DNA from: the human T2T-CHM13v2.0 reference genome, Homo sapiens
Strand: one strand, 5' to 3'
NCBI RefSeq assembly: GCF_009914755.1
Contig: NC_060926.1
DNA length: 64,000 bases
The notes under the pieces were generated by a model that made no database searches, was not told the origin of the DNA, and saw only the letters and a list, made by a program, of their open reading frames with translations. Made by a program: the position numbers and the translations under genes. Of this stretch, positions 24,125 to 39,404 are shown piece by piece; position 1 is the stretch's first letter; each line of letters opens with the position of its first letter.

Positions 24125-24592
24125 ATTAGAAAAGACACCAAAAACACAAGCAACAAAAGAAGAAATATATGTAAATTGGACTTCATTAAAAAAAAATTGT
24201 GCACCAAAAGACCATTAAAAAAGTGACACCCACAGAATGGGACAGAACATTTACAAATCATGTATCTGATGAAGGGCTTGTATCCAGAATTTATTAAAAC
24301 AAAAACTTTTATAATAAAATAATAAATGAACACATAACCTAATTAAAGAATGGGCAAAGGATCGGAATAGAAATTTATCCAAGAAATATATGCAAATGGC
24401 CAGTAAGCATCTGAAAAGATGCTCAACATCATTAGTTATTAGAGAAAGCAACTCAAAACCACATGAGATTCTACCGCACACTAATTAGGATAGCTAGAAT
24501 CAAAAGCCAGATAACAACAAATGCTGGTAAGGATGTAAAGAAGTTAGAAGCCTCATACACTGCCAGTGGAAAAGTAAAATTGGTGCAGTCAC
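24125..24592 (+). mobile_element. Old L1 (L1MB/L1MD-type) ORF2 3' fragment
   Basis: ACACCAAAAACACAAGCAACAAAAG...ATGGCCAGTAAGCATCTGAAAAGATGCTCAACATCATTAG...AAATTGGTGCAGTCAC. Confidence 0.8.
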
Positions 24593-26455
24593 ACCCAACA
24601 GATTCCCTGCCCTTATTAGAATACAGATTGTGCTCACAAAGAAAACAACCAGAGAACAAGACCAAGAATTAGGTAAATGGCTTGACCCTCCCCTCCCCCA
24701 TGAAAGCAGAGTTTGGCAAGAGTAATCAGGGAAGACTGGTTTGTTTGTTTGTTTGTTCGCTTCTTTTTTAAGTGAAAATGGAATTTGTTTGAGAAATGTA
24801 TTAGATAAGAATGGTATAGCAAAGAATGAAAGGTCAGAAGCAAGAATCAACTTGACCTGAAGGAGGGCTATCTGCTTGCTGGGAAGAGAGAGTTTAATCA
24901 AGGGGTGGGAGAGATGGCGATAGATATGAAAGGTGGGTGCCCTGAATATGAGAATTATACTTTATCACCATTGAAGAGTGGCTTCTGATAGAGTTGATCC
25001 TAAGAACCCTTTCACTAGGAAGTGATTTTGCTTTGAATATTCAGAGAGGGAAAATTAGGATTTTTATTTTATATCAGTAGGCTATACCTTGAACCAACAG
25101 ATAAAGTGGAAGACATTTGAATGGATTATCAACATGACAGGATCTCCTTCAGAGCAAATGCCTACATACATAACTAAACAAAATTAGTTTTTAAAACAAA
25201 GGTATATTTTAAGGGAGAAAAAGTAACTAGCTGTGAAACCTCTCAACATTTCTTTTCTGGAGCTCACAGAGAGCCCTAGGGCTGTCTTTACAACTACCCA
25301 ACAAGCTCTTGAAGAGGAACTTTTCCTGTGATTTAATAACACCATTCCCAGAAAACAAAACCTAACTTTTAAAATACTCACTAAGAGAATGGAGGCAGAG
25401 GGATATGTTGGTAGCCAGCGAACAATTCATTATCTTTGTGAAAACAAACATGTAAATAATCATTTATTTAATTTCATGAATGAAGAGTGGGCAACAGAGA
25501 AAGTAAATCCTTTTCAGACACTATGCTGGTGGCGGTAAAAACGCTTTCACCCTACCCTGTGGTCCCACTGACATCGTGGTGCTAAAGTGAAAATACTCTA
25601 CCCATTCTAATAGGCTGAAAATAAAAATAAACAGCTTAATTATATGGTGGGTGTTTGTGAATGGCTTCCTGAATTTTAAAGTGCTCATGATATGTCTCTA
25701 TTATCTTCACACACCACAAGCCTTCCTCCCTTGAAGTACTCAATGAATTAAGATTAATGCAACAGATAAGAAGCATCATGTTTTGAACTCTGGTGTCTGT
25801 ATTTATTTTCATCATTGAAAAGGTGGGGAAGTGATAAACACCATGGCAACCTTGTTGCCCATATATTTTCTTGAATGTCATGCTTAGCTCAAAACTTTTA
25901 CTTCAAATCAGGGGATTGAGAAATACCGGTATAGAAATATTCTATTGGTTTTCTTTGGTTAACTGAGACTGGGAGTTGTAGGTTTTGGGATATGTTACAA
26001 GCTTTTGGAGGGTAGAACCATATCTATACCACTTGGTATGGTGCTGCGTTGAAACGAAAGTCTAAGTAACAGCTTCATGAAAACAATGAAAATACAATGT
26101 CATGTTACTAAAAACAAAAAAAATTAACTCTTTTTCTCTAAAAGTTAATTGGTGAGCTGTGAGCCAATTGGCCACCTTTTTTTGGAACTATTTTGCATTA
26201 AAATTATGGATGAGGAGAGATGTGGGAGGAAGACAAGGAGGATAAAAAGAAAGAGAAAAAAGGAGAACAAAAGGAAGAAGGGAAAAATAAAAAAAGAAAG
26301 TCATAAAGAAGAGAAAGAAAGAAGTCCAGAATTTTTACAATTAAGCAAATGTGGTTTTCAAAATGTTCCACCAGGAGCTTATGCATATATTTGAATAAAT
26401 TGATAACTGGAATTTCTCTTTTTAAGCTGTCCTAGAGACAATTTACTTGTCATAA

Positions 26456-26796
<341 letters not shown>

Positions 26797-27269
26797 TAAA
26801 ATGTATTACCTACCATATTCATCTGTTTTAATTGTGAATTACATTCCCCCCCACCCCCCCACCGCCAAATATCAGTCTGGGATGGTCTTTTGAAAGAAGG
26901 GGATGCAAATCTGCAGAAGATACACAAAATTGAATTCTTACCATGTGCACTGAAAAAACAACAACGACAACAAAAAGTGGGTCTGCTGAGAGAGAATAGA
27001 AAAGCACATGCACACAGAGAAAGGAGAGATATAGGTGGAGGAAAAGCTCTCCCTGGATTTTTTTTACTCTTTCCATTTCCTGTTTCCTGAAGTCCCTTGG
27101 GTTCTAAGAGACACCTTTGTAGCTTTTACTTTGTTTTATCTCAGGTACAGAAGCTTTTCTTATTCATGTTTCTCAGTTCATTGTATTCTCTTACTGGCTT
27201 ATGAAAGACCCCTCTGTTTTATGACCTTACGTATAAACAGAAGTAAGAATGTAAATAAGATATATATAT

Positions 27270-28440
<1,171 letters not shown>

Positions 28441-28449
28441 GTTCTAGAG

Positions 28450-29800
28450 GACTTTCAAAAAACTTTATAACAGTTGCTTTCCCAAAAGGAAAACCATACA
28501 ACTCACTCAGGAGATTAGAAGAACATTAAATTAAATAACCAGATATGGTCATTACAAAAAAGGATAGTACCATGTGACTTGCATGCATAGATGATAAATG
28601 CCTAACTACAGTATTAATTAACTTTATTTAAAAGTGGATTAAAATGAATATAAAGATATAAATGTTTTATTAAAGGAATTCAAGGATAGTTTAATATCAA
28701 AAAATTTACAATTCATTTATACATATTAAAGGAGAAATATAATAGGATTTTATCAAAGAAAATTATGGATAATTAAAAAGAAAAAAAAAACTCTAAAAAA
28801 CTAGGAGGACTATTTCCTTAACTTGACAAATGGCAAGTAATAAAAACCTACAGACAACATATGCAGAAAAAAAAAAATTAGACGTATTCACTTGAAGACT
28901 AGGAATAAGTGTTCCCAGTATCTATTACAATATTCTAGATTTCTAGCGTCTCCATAAAGCAATAAACAAAATATGAGTTATAAAATTAGAAAAGCTAAAA
29001 CTTTATTAACGTTCCTAGAAAATTAAACAAAATAAAGCAAACAATTAAAAGTAATAATACAATAAACTAGTTTGCCTGACAAAAGATGATTACTCTCCAA
29101 AACCTGATAGCATTTATTGACTATGTAAAAAAACAAATAGATATATAATTTTAAATAATAAGATTCATTGACAATTTAAAGAAAACTCTAAATTATTTGG
29201 ATATTACATTAACAAAAATATACAAGATCTCTGTGGAGAGAATTTTAAATGTATTAAAGGACATAAATGAAGAACCAATTAAACTACATTGCATCATCAA
29301 TAGATGAGATAGCCTAGCTTTGTAAAGCTATTCTGGTCAAATTATCCTATAATTACAAAATGATCCTTATCAAAACATTGGCTGGATTTTTTTAGAAACT
29401 TGACAAATATTATAAAATTAAATGTAAGAATAAACAATGAATCCATAAATACTAAGTCAACTTTGTAAAAGAACAGTCAGAAGTGGGGACTTGCCCACTA
29501 AATATTAAGAATTTAAAGCCATTATAATAAAAATGGTTTTGTAATCCTAAAGGGACAGACAGGTATAATTATGGAACATAATTCATTGCTCATAGTTCAT
29601 AGTCCCCATATGGGGACTTGATAAGTTATAAAAAGGGCAACACAAATCAATGAATATAGGACAAGTTGTGAAGTAGAAGGTCCTAGAAATAACGTCCTCT
29701 GTTGCAGCATTTGCAGAATTGGACTCCAGATGGATTAAAAAGTTATATTTGGAAAGATGTCAAGTAATAATTTTGTCACCTGGTGTGAAGAAGAAATGTT
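28450..29800 (+). mobile_element. Ancient L1ME-type ORF2 relic
   Basis: A-rich decayed ORF2 motifs: CAAGGATAGTTTAATATC, AAAACCTACAGACAACAT, CAAGATCTCTGTGGAGAGAATTTTAAA, GACTTGCCCACTAAATATT. Confidence 0.55.
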
Positions 29801-30380
29801 AAGGATCCCCAAACCTAGAGAGTGGATCCAAAAATTAGATCTTGTATCTTTGTAATATATCTTCTTTTAAAAATAGAGCAAACAAGCTTGAATGAGTTTC
29901 TGTTGTATACACCTTTTTCATCCAATTATGTCAACTCTCAGAACATAAAGATGTGCTACCTCCTGGGATATGTAGCAGACTGAAATAGACTCTGAAGATC
30001 TTTTAAAAAGTGAGAATTACAAAATAAATAAAGCATTATTGGATTGAATATCTTAACTCTAAAAGAGACCATTAGGAAGAGAAACCCCTCATGTGACTGT
30101 AGACCTTCTGACTTACTAGCATGTGAACCTTTAGACAGTCATTTACATTATTTTATGACTATCCTCTTAAGACTTGGAACAAAGAGCCTGTAGTCAGTGT
30201 CAGGGCCCTGGACAGTGCTGACCATGGGATACTGAGCAAGTCATGAACCTTTCGGAACCAATTTTCTCACCCTAGATGAAAATTATAAGACCTGTCTTAA
30301 CTCTACTCATGAGTGGCTTTGAGACAGGCACGTGCAAATTCTGTGTAGCATAACGTGGTAAATAAAAATATTAGAGTTTG

Positions 30381-30768
<388 letters not shown>

Positions 30769-31835
30769 TCATCACTTATGTATCATTTTCTTTCCTTAAA
30801 ACAGATTCTTCAGATTCGCTTGCATTTAAAAAATTTTGTTTCCTCCTGTGGGAAAAGTCCACGTGCACTGCTATTTTTATGCTTCGTCCAATTCAGAATA
30901 AAGAGATCTTGAACTTATTTAAAAATAGTTTTAGGTAGAAAAATATCACTGACCGCATCAACACAGCAAAAAATCACTTGGTATGTATTAAGAGAATGAG
31001 AGCAACAAACAAAGGCACAGCAATACACCAAGAACAATGTGTGGTACTGGCTCTTGGTCTATAAGGGAAACAATATATATAAATCAAGAGTTAACTAGGA
31101 AAGCTATGCAGTACATAAAACCATAAAGCAATGATCTAAGTGTTTTTGGAATTTAGAGGTTATTATAAGATAAGACAGCTTCCTGGAAAAGCCAGACATA
31201 GGAGGAAAAATTGAGGAGAGAAGGAAATATGTTGAGAATTCCAGTGTAGTTGAATAAAATCACTGTATCACCTTCGATGCACCTGTTTGTTTGTAGCACA
31301 GGCAATAGAGAACCTATGTTTGGAATCTGCCCTGTCTGTGGCAATTCCAGGAAACATGGAGTGGGGCAAGGAGAGGAGCAGGTGGGTCAGGCTAAATACG
31401 TTACTATATTCTTCAAAAAGAAGGAACACATTTCATGATACCTCATTTTAGCATTGGTCCAGAAAAGAGATAATATGCCTCTATGAGTGCAGTCGTAGGT
31501 TAATTCAAGTAGCAGCAATAGTATAAAACTAAGACAGTCATTTTATATTTTAAATGTTCTCAGGGCCAAGTAGTGCTTAGCATGACTCTAGCGGGCTCTT
31601 CTTAAAGTCAACAGGAATAAAAGATGATTTCAGGTCAAGAAATTGGGCTTTGCCCTTTTTAGCTTAAATTTTTATTCTGGGAAAGCCATGAGAGGTGGAA
31701 CAATAAGAGGACTGACTCTCATCATGTTTAGACTAGGATGAGAAGGGGATGCATTGGCAAGTCTTCATAAAAGAAATTAGTTTTGATTGGTGACAGTTTA
31801 TTTATATACACTGTCCATTCTGTCTTCAGCAAATC

Positions 31836-31930
31836 TTTTTCTTTCCCTTTTCTCCCTCCTTTCTTCCTTCCTTCCATCCCTTCCTCCTTCCCTCTCTTCT
31901 TCCCTCCTTCCCTTCCTTTCTTCCTTCTTT
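31836..31930. repeat. CT-rich (CTTC)n low-complexity tract
   Basis: CTTCCTTCCTTCCATCCCTTCCTCCTTCCCTCTCTTCTTCC... Confidence 0.9.
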
Positions 31931-32514
31931 TAATTACTTGATACTTCCTAAGTGCTAGTCACTGTTCTCAGCCTGAGGAATAAAAAGAAACACTTGCCTA
32001 AGACATGGTAGCTCAATGAAACTATCTCTTTTCTCATTGATAGCTTTGACAAAGCAATGCAGGATGCATGTGCATGGAAAAGAGGTAGAATATCCTTCTA
32101 ACCCTCATCAGCTAGTTTTTGATTCCTGCAACTCTCCTGAAGAAGACTGTAGTAATGCATCATGAGGATGTTCTAAGACTGAAGCCTGCAGCAGTGCCTT
32201 AACATCTTTATTCTTCTTATCTTAGGTTGTTAATATTCCTGTATCAGTGCCAAAGGAGGCAAAATTTTCATTTTTCTTTTTACACTCTCCAGAATGACAT
32301 CTGACTTTTTATTTGAGGATAGTAAGTCAAGTTCCTTGGGAAATGGTTTTATTTTTAAGGCCATTAATTCTATGTGCAGCAAATTGTTGACTGCGGAATT
32401 GAAAGAGACCTTTGGGTTGATCATCTTGGACAGTTAGTGAGGTAACGAAGGAGCATCATGCTTACTTTAAAGGTTGTAGATGCAGAGCCTATGTAATCAC
32501 TCAGTTTGTCTAAC

Positions 32515-32700
32515 TTTTTTTCCTTTAACAGATGGGGTCTCCCTATGTTGCCCCAGGTGGAGTACAGTGGCTATTCACAGGTGCAATAATAGTGCACTAT
32601 AGCCTTGAACTCCTGGGCTCAAGTGATTGAACTCCTCATCCTTGAACTCCTCAGCCTCCTAAGCAGCTGGGACTATAGGCACATGCCACCACACCTGGCC
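32515..32700 (-). mobile_element. FAM (fossil Alu monomer, 7SL-derived)
   Basis: Monomeric. Carries the 7SL/FAM-specific GGCTATTCACAGGTGCAATAATAGTGCACTATAGCC segment that dimeric Alus lack. Confidence 0.85.
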
Positions 32701-33079
32701 TTAATGCATCTAACTTTTGAGGTTTAATCATTTGCCCCATGTTGCTTTGACAACCTCCAGTGGCTAGTAGCTTATGTATTCCAATTCATTATGTGGCTAT
32801 TTCTATTGTCAAACTACTCCAGGTACACACAGTATTTTTCCCACGTGCAATAAACATTTCCTTCCTCCTTTTTGTCATTTATTCATTGATTCACAATTTT
32901 TTTGTTAATAAGAGTGTATTTACTACATAATTATAGCCATTGTTCCAGGTTCTGACTTTCAGAGCAGCAAAAATGAAGCCTTTCTAATATCTTACACAAT
33001 TTTAAATGCTGGTTTGAGTTTGGATTTCAATTATTTCAACTCTGGCTCAATTTTCAAACTTTCCCCATCTTAGTTTTCT

Positions 33080-33620
33080 TCCTCTGGATTAAGAGTCCTC
33101 CTTAAAATATGGCACCCAGGACTGAACAAAATATGCCGGATGTGGTCTGAGCTACAGAGTATAGGAAGATTATTACTGGCTGCAATTTAGAAAAAGGGCT
33201 TCTACTATTGCAACCTATGAATGAGATTTTTTAAAGCATCTGCCTCACACTGATGGGTCCTATTAAAGTTGTGGTCAGCTCAATCCTCCAGATCTTTTAT
33301 ATGTGAATTTCTGCCAAGCCAAGCCTCTCCATCCTGTATTTATACAATTAATTATTTGAACTTTTATGCAGGACACTGTATTTATCCCTGTTACATTTCA
33401 TCTTATTGGAATTGGCTCAGAATTCCAGCCCGTCAGAACAATTTTGAATGTTGATTGTTATATTTACTATCCTTTCCAGCTTTGTGCCTTTCAGATTTTA
33501 TAAGCTTCCTTTCCACACTGTCATCAAAATCATTGGTAAACACTCTCCATGAGGCTGGGTCAGACAGAAATCAAGTGGCCATCTACTAGATGGAGGAGGT
33601 TAAAATAAATTATTTAGGTT
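33080..33620 (-). mobile_element. CR1/L3 LINE ORF2 relic
   Basis: GGCACCCAGGACTGAACAAAATATGCCGGATGTGGTCTGA, TTATCCCTGTTACATTTCATCTT and TCCAGCTTTGTG...TCATCAAAATCATTG match L3 antisense. Confidence 0.8.
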
Positions 33621-33774
33621 CTACTGTTGAATTCAGTTAACCCACGTTCACCAAGCTTGCATTTCATCACATACATTAATGTTAGAGGAAATATTATTGA
33701 ATATTTCATTTAAATCGAGACATTTCTGCAGATTTATCATGATTTGCAACTTTATAATCTTAACGGGGAAAATG

Positions 33775-34190
33775 TTCATCCATTCATATATGGTTCAAGA
33801 AATTTATTAGTGCCTACTATGTGCCGGACATCATTCTGTGTGGAGATATACTGTAGGCCATTATAAGAAATCTGGATTTTAATTGCAATGAGAGATTATT
33901 GGAGAATTTATCAGGGATAGAAAAATGATCTCAGTTTCACATTTAAAAGATCACTTTGATATTGCATATAGAATGAATTATAGAGGGGCAAGAATGGAAA
34001 TAGGGAGACTAGATATGGTGTTATGGTGGTTAATTAAAGGAATGCTGACCTCAGAGACAGAAGATCTAGGTCCTCTCCTAGCTGCACCACTAGGAGAGAC
34101 TTTTCAGCCCCCTCACCTGGGTTCCCTTATCTACGAAATGAAGAAACAAGGGAGCTTTGTGAAATAACTTCTACAGTACTTACTTACTAG
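33775..34190. mobile_element. L2 fragment (-) followed by a MIR fragment (+)
   Basis: TTATTAGTGCCTACTATGTGCC...AAAAGATCACTTTG (L2). GACCTCAGAGACAGAAGATCTAGGTCC...TTCCCTTATCTACGAAATGA (MIR core). Confidence 0.55.
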
Positions 34191-35119
34191 CTCCAACATT
34201 CCATGTATATGTGATTGAATCATTACTAGTTGATTTGTTTATGGCCAAACTCAGAATGTTCCATGGCTCAATAACAATATCAACTTCCTTCAGTTTCTGA
34301 GATACATATACCTCCCTTATTTCAAAATTAGGAGATCCTCTGGTGTGAAGCCTCCAAAGTTGTAAGGGTTGGATCTCTGAAACAATATCAGTCAATTCTC
34401 TACCTGGACCAAACGAGTGGAATTTACTTCAAGTAGCTATGTTCTCCTTTACTAACCCTGACTTAGAAAATAATATTTTATACCATTCAATTGTTTCTCT
34501 CTGAAGACCATGCTCCTTGTCTGGAAGGGTATATAGTGAATTAAGAGTTAAACAGTCCTGCCTCCTTCAGATATTATTATATGTTAGCATCACAGCAGAT
34601 ATATTTACTGCTAGCGTTGGGGTTACACAGAGCACAATCTGAATGGAGCTGTTTTAGCCAGAAACAGTTAAAGTGACTTTCTTGCTGTGTAGGCCTACTC
34701 ACATACCAAGCAGTCTCTCCATTTTCAGGAAGAAGTGCATTTTATCCTGGGTTACATCAGCAGCATCCACATCAGCAGCAACATACTGTCCCTGAAATCC
34801 ATTCAATGTACAGTGTATGTCTGGCACTGAACTAAAAGATTTATGTGCATTATCTTATTTTACAGGGCAGTTTATTTAGACATCCACTCACTCATTTGAT
34901 TACTATTTACGGTGCACCTCTGATGCACCAGATATTGAGTAAGCACTGGAATGTGGAGGGGGGGGGCGGCAGGTAAACCAAGCAGTCATGTTTCCTGCTT
35001 CATGTAATATGTGGCCTGGAGGGAAAGATAATCATTAAACAAGTGATCACAATGAAGTGAGTATTATTTATTTTTTGGAAAATGCAAAGTCTATGAGTGC
35101 TCACAGAAAATGGACCTAC

Positions 35120-35560
35120 TAGATGACTCCAAATTTTGCTGTTTTCTGAATATGCCAAGCACTCTTCTGCTGGAGGGTTTTTGATTTCCTGTTCTATTTA
35201 TCTAAGGTTCTCTCCTAGATATCTGCATGGGCCACTCCCACATTTTATTTACAGAAATGACACCTTAGTGTTAGGGGCTTTTCCTGCCACTCTACCTATT
35301 GAGGCAAGTTCTCTTCCCAGTGATTTCTTTCTACTTGTCCTACCTAATTTTTCATCATATAATTTATTAACACCTAAAAGATATGTATGTCTCCCCTCAA
35401 TCTACTTTCTAATAAGTAAGTTGCACAAAACCAAGAACTTTATTTTATTCACTGCTATTTTGTGAGAGCTGAGAGTAATACTTGGCCCATATTAGGTTCT
35501 TGCTCAATAAATATCAGTTAAATGACTGCTTGATTGAATGAATGATCGAATGGATGAATG
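35120..35560 (+). mobile_element. L2 3' end
   Basis: TTATTCACTGCT...GCTCAATAAATATCAGTTAAATGA...TGAATGAATGA terminal repeats. Confidence 0.7.
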
Positions 35561-37189
35561 TTACATGACTACCTAAGTGAAAGGCTCACATTTGTCATAC
35601 TGTGCCTTAGATCAGTGCTCTGTGCTCTGCCAGGGACAATATGAGTAAGACTCAAGTATCTGGATAGCTTGTCTCTGGTTGAAACAAGGGACATTTGATA
35701 TCTGTGTTGAAAGATGACTGTGTAAGTTTAGGATACCTGCACATCTAGGAAAAATAACTGTGAGCAATCATGTAAAAAGAGACAACTAGAAAGTAAAATA
35801 TTTGTTCCAGACAGGCATTGAGTTGATGAACAAATGCACACATGTCTAAGTGAATGAGTGCAATTCAGTCTTGGTCTATTTCCTTTTGTTAGACGGTGTA
35901 CAAGATTTCCCTCTTCTTTTGTCCTGTGAACCTCACACCCTTTCCTAGCCAAATCAGTCTCTCTTTTATTTTTGACTCTCTTTCTACATTATCCTGGCCC
36001 AGATACCTGTCCATAGAGTTAACAGTGGAAGAGGCTGATAAAAAGAAGGCAGGTTCCAAAGTCAAATAGTAGCAAGGGCCACAGAAAGAGAATTACAAAT
36101 TAAAGAGTAGAAACAAAGAAAATCAGCCATATGAGAACCAGAATGTGGCCTTAAGAAAGCAACATTTGGGGAAGGGCAGGAGCAAGAGCAGTCTCTTTTC
36201 CAAGCCATAAGCGGGCTAGAAAACAAACCAACTTGACGGGGAGATAGTATCCCCATGGAGAAAAGGGCAGAACCAGAAGTGATGGTATCAACGCTTGGGA
36301 AAAAGCAGTCCTCAAATGAGAGGGCACATCTGGCTTTCGGAAATCAAAAGAAGCAGAGGAACAGCACAGTCAAAGTGAAGTCTGCGGGGACCCCAGCAGA
36401 CCACCTAGGGTGACCCAGTAACCAGAAGGAGAAGGCAAAGTGCTGGTCTCGGGGAAGGAGGTGGTTTGGGAAATTCAGATTATTGGAGAAAGAATAGCAG
36501 AGCCCCTGCGGGATGACAGTCATCTTTCCACCATTACAGATCCGATTTTTCCCTTTGCATAAGAAGGTTCTCCATATATCATTATGCTTTCAACAAGAGG
36601 TAACATAAAATGCCTTAGAAGCAGCATTGTTCTTAGGCACCACAGAACAACTGACTAAAAATATTCAAACTCATTTGTCGATCTCATGAAATTAAAAAAG
36701 GAAGTCTTTTTTTTTTTTTTACAAAATCCCCACAAATTTCAGCTATTTTGATATGTACATGTGGACAGGGCCCCAACTTGTAGCTTCATTTACCTGAAAA
36801 ATGCTACAAGCAAAGCGATAGCAGGAAATTATGCCCAAAGAGTGTTTTTAAATGCAAATTTACAAATGAACCTGGGCAGTCAGCAGAGGAAGATCTCTTG
36901 GCAGGTAAACATCAACACGAGGCCTTCTAAGTCCATTCCTTGTTTCTTCCTTTAAGAAATATGAGATAATGTTCAGTGAATCACCAGATGGAGAATTTGT
37001 TCAGGCAAAATGGCTTTGCAAGTTCTCTTGTAAATCGCCTCTGGCTTCTAAAAAACAGTAGCAAATGTGCCGAAGACTGAATTAGCTAGAACAGAAGTTT
37101 CACTTTTTCACTACAAGAATTATCTGGGACTGAGCTAAAACCCGGACTCCTAAAGCTGGAAGGGATGTGAAAAGACTCCGTCAACAAGG

Positions 37190-38010
37190 CCTCTGATTTC
37201 AGTCAGGAAGACTCAAAAAATATATGACATTTAGAACAGGGTAAGGTCCCTTCCAGACTTGAGAGAAATCCAATCCTTTGAGAACCTTGAATTTATAGGA
37301 ACTAACTTTATCTGTAGGATACGGACACTGAGGGAGAGATATTGCATGATACACATTGCTAAGCCCTTGAAGAGACTCCCACATGGCTCAGGAGTATTGG
37401 AAGAAGAGAGACAGCAAGAGATGAGAATCTTCCAGAAACTGAGAAAATTTGTCTTGCTTTTGACATCTTTCAAACCTCCTGGAAGATAAGATTTAATCAA
37501 AGAGCCTCCAGCTGAATTGCACAAAGGACAAAGTCTAGGCTGAGTGCTCCACTGGGCCCTCAACTGACCCTTGACCCTTGACCCTCAGGCCATCAATAGC
37601 TGCAAGGCTTGCATCTTGAGCACATACCAGATTCTGAAGACTCCTCAGGAAAGGATGCCTTTCTAGAGTACTGCCTTGGAAGTACACCCTACTTTTCCTC
37701 CCACACAACCCCATGAGTGGGGACTTGAATGAGTGAGACCCCACTGAGGAAAAGGCGTCTACATTTAAGTCTCCAGAAGTAGAAAAAGGACTTGGCGAAG
37801 AAGTGGAGACAAAGGGGGAAGAATAGCATTTGGCTATTTTTGAGCCTTACCTTTAAACAGCTTGAATTAAAATCAGGGCATTGAGTCAAAATTATGGAGC
37901 CACCTGGCCAAAATTGACTGAGTTTTACATGTGTTTCCTTCCTTGAAACTAAAGCTTGCACTTTGGGGTGGAGGAGAGACTGAAGGGACTATGGAATGTG
38001 TGCAATTTAA
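37190..38010 (-). mobile_element. Possible highly decayed ERV1-class internal sequence
   Basis: Minus-strand translation gives ...SQVWKGPYPVL (integrase C-terminal GPY/F motif) and QFWPGGS (matrix-like). No LTRs identified. Confidence 0.35.
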
Positions 38011-38529
38011 ATTCTTTTGCATTTAGTGACATTTTCTGGCTAGGGAGGGATTCAGATATTTGGATAATTTCATAAACCATTGACTTTTTAAAAGAGGAAT
38101 ATGAAGAAACATATGCCAATTGAGTTACAAGCTGGGCATAGCTGTGAGATAGATATTAGTTCCTTTTACCAAAATGTGCTTTATGAGGCTTTTAATAGAG
38201 ATTAAATTGGTGGAAACCAGGTTTTACCTTATTATGGATTTGATAGTTTCCACATTTATCTGCCCAATGTAATGCTGAACTGTTGGACCCAATGCAGAAT
38301 ATTTAACTCTGCATAGATCACCTGTTTCCATTTTAAAAATCAGAAATGACAAATGTCTATATAAAAATCAAAATAATTCATCAATGATTAGTTGTTCCCC
38401 TCTATACAAACTCCTCCTGATAACCCTGGTTCTGTTAATGGCCCCAGGGACCACAGTGAGTAACGTGGAGTCACATTCACCTCTATACTCAATTCCCACC
38501 TTGGGTTATTCCTCACTTAGCAAAATTCT

Positions 38530-38980
38530 ACCCATTCAGCAAATATTATTGAGTGTTTATCAGTGCTAAAAATTTCTCTCTAGATGGTGATAAGTACTAT
38601 GAGGAAAGGTTAAGCAGACTAAGGAGAAATAGAATGCGTGGTTTGCTGGGATGTGAGCTTTATAATAGAAGAGTGATCAGGAAGACCTCTCTGAGAAGGT
38701 GAGAAACGATCTGAATTTTTTTTTTTAAGGGCAAACAGGACAAAAGCAGGGTTGGTATGCTCATGAATGGTAAGAGATCTCACTGGAGGGAAGTGAGAAA
38801 AAGAGTGGTGGAGGACAAAGGCAGAGAAGCAGGCAAGGGCCAGAATATGTGTGAATTTTGCTTTAAGTGTGAAACTAGTGGAGGATTATGGGAGTGAGAG
38901 TAACAGACATGGCAAAGTGCTTACCCACAGGGAGCTTATGCTCTAGTGGAAAAAGAAAGATGATTAACAAGTAAATCAGA
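38530..38980 (-). mobile_element. L2 fragments
   Basis: CATTCAGCAAATATTATTGAGTG, GATCAGGAAGACCTCTCTGAGAAGGTGA, GGAGCTTATGCTCTAGTGG. Confidence 0.65.
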
Positions 38981-39404
38981 TGTGAGTTAGTTCCTATTTT
39001 AAAAGATCATACTACACTGACATTTTACAAAATCATGAATTCATGAGCCCCTAAACTAAGTTTCTAACAAACTTTAGAGGAGCATTATCCATCTTGAACT
39101 TTCATCTACATGTTACTTTCTTATCACTTTACAACATGAATTTAATGCTCAGGATGGCGTATGTGTTTTCTAACCCATCTTTGGCTAGAAGATAACATTT
39201 GATTTTAAATGGCTTCATTAAATATTGTACAGAATTAATTTTAAGAAGGCTAGCTTTTCTTCAAAAAAATGTTTTATCTATATTTTCTTTTCAACACTGG
39301 CTTTTAAGACTGATGAAAATATGACTTATGCTATCAGATGGTACGTTGATCAGCTGGCCTTCCACAAGAAAATACTACAGACTGGGTAACCTAAATAACA
39401 GAAA

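Noticed and set aside
26149-26394. Lys/Arg/Glu-rich ORF resembling an NLS-bearing protein
   Set aside because: It is the translation of an A/G-rich low-complexity tract.
32515-32700. 7SL RNA gene or pseudogene
   Set aside because: It lacks the 7SL S-domain, and the sequence after GGCTATTCACAGG follows the FAM pattern.
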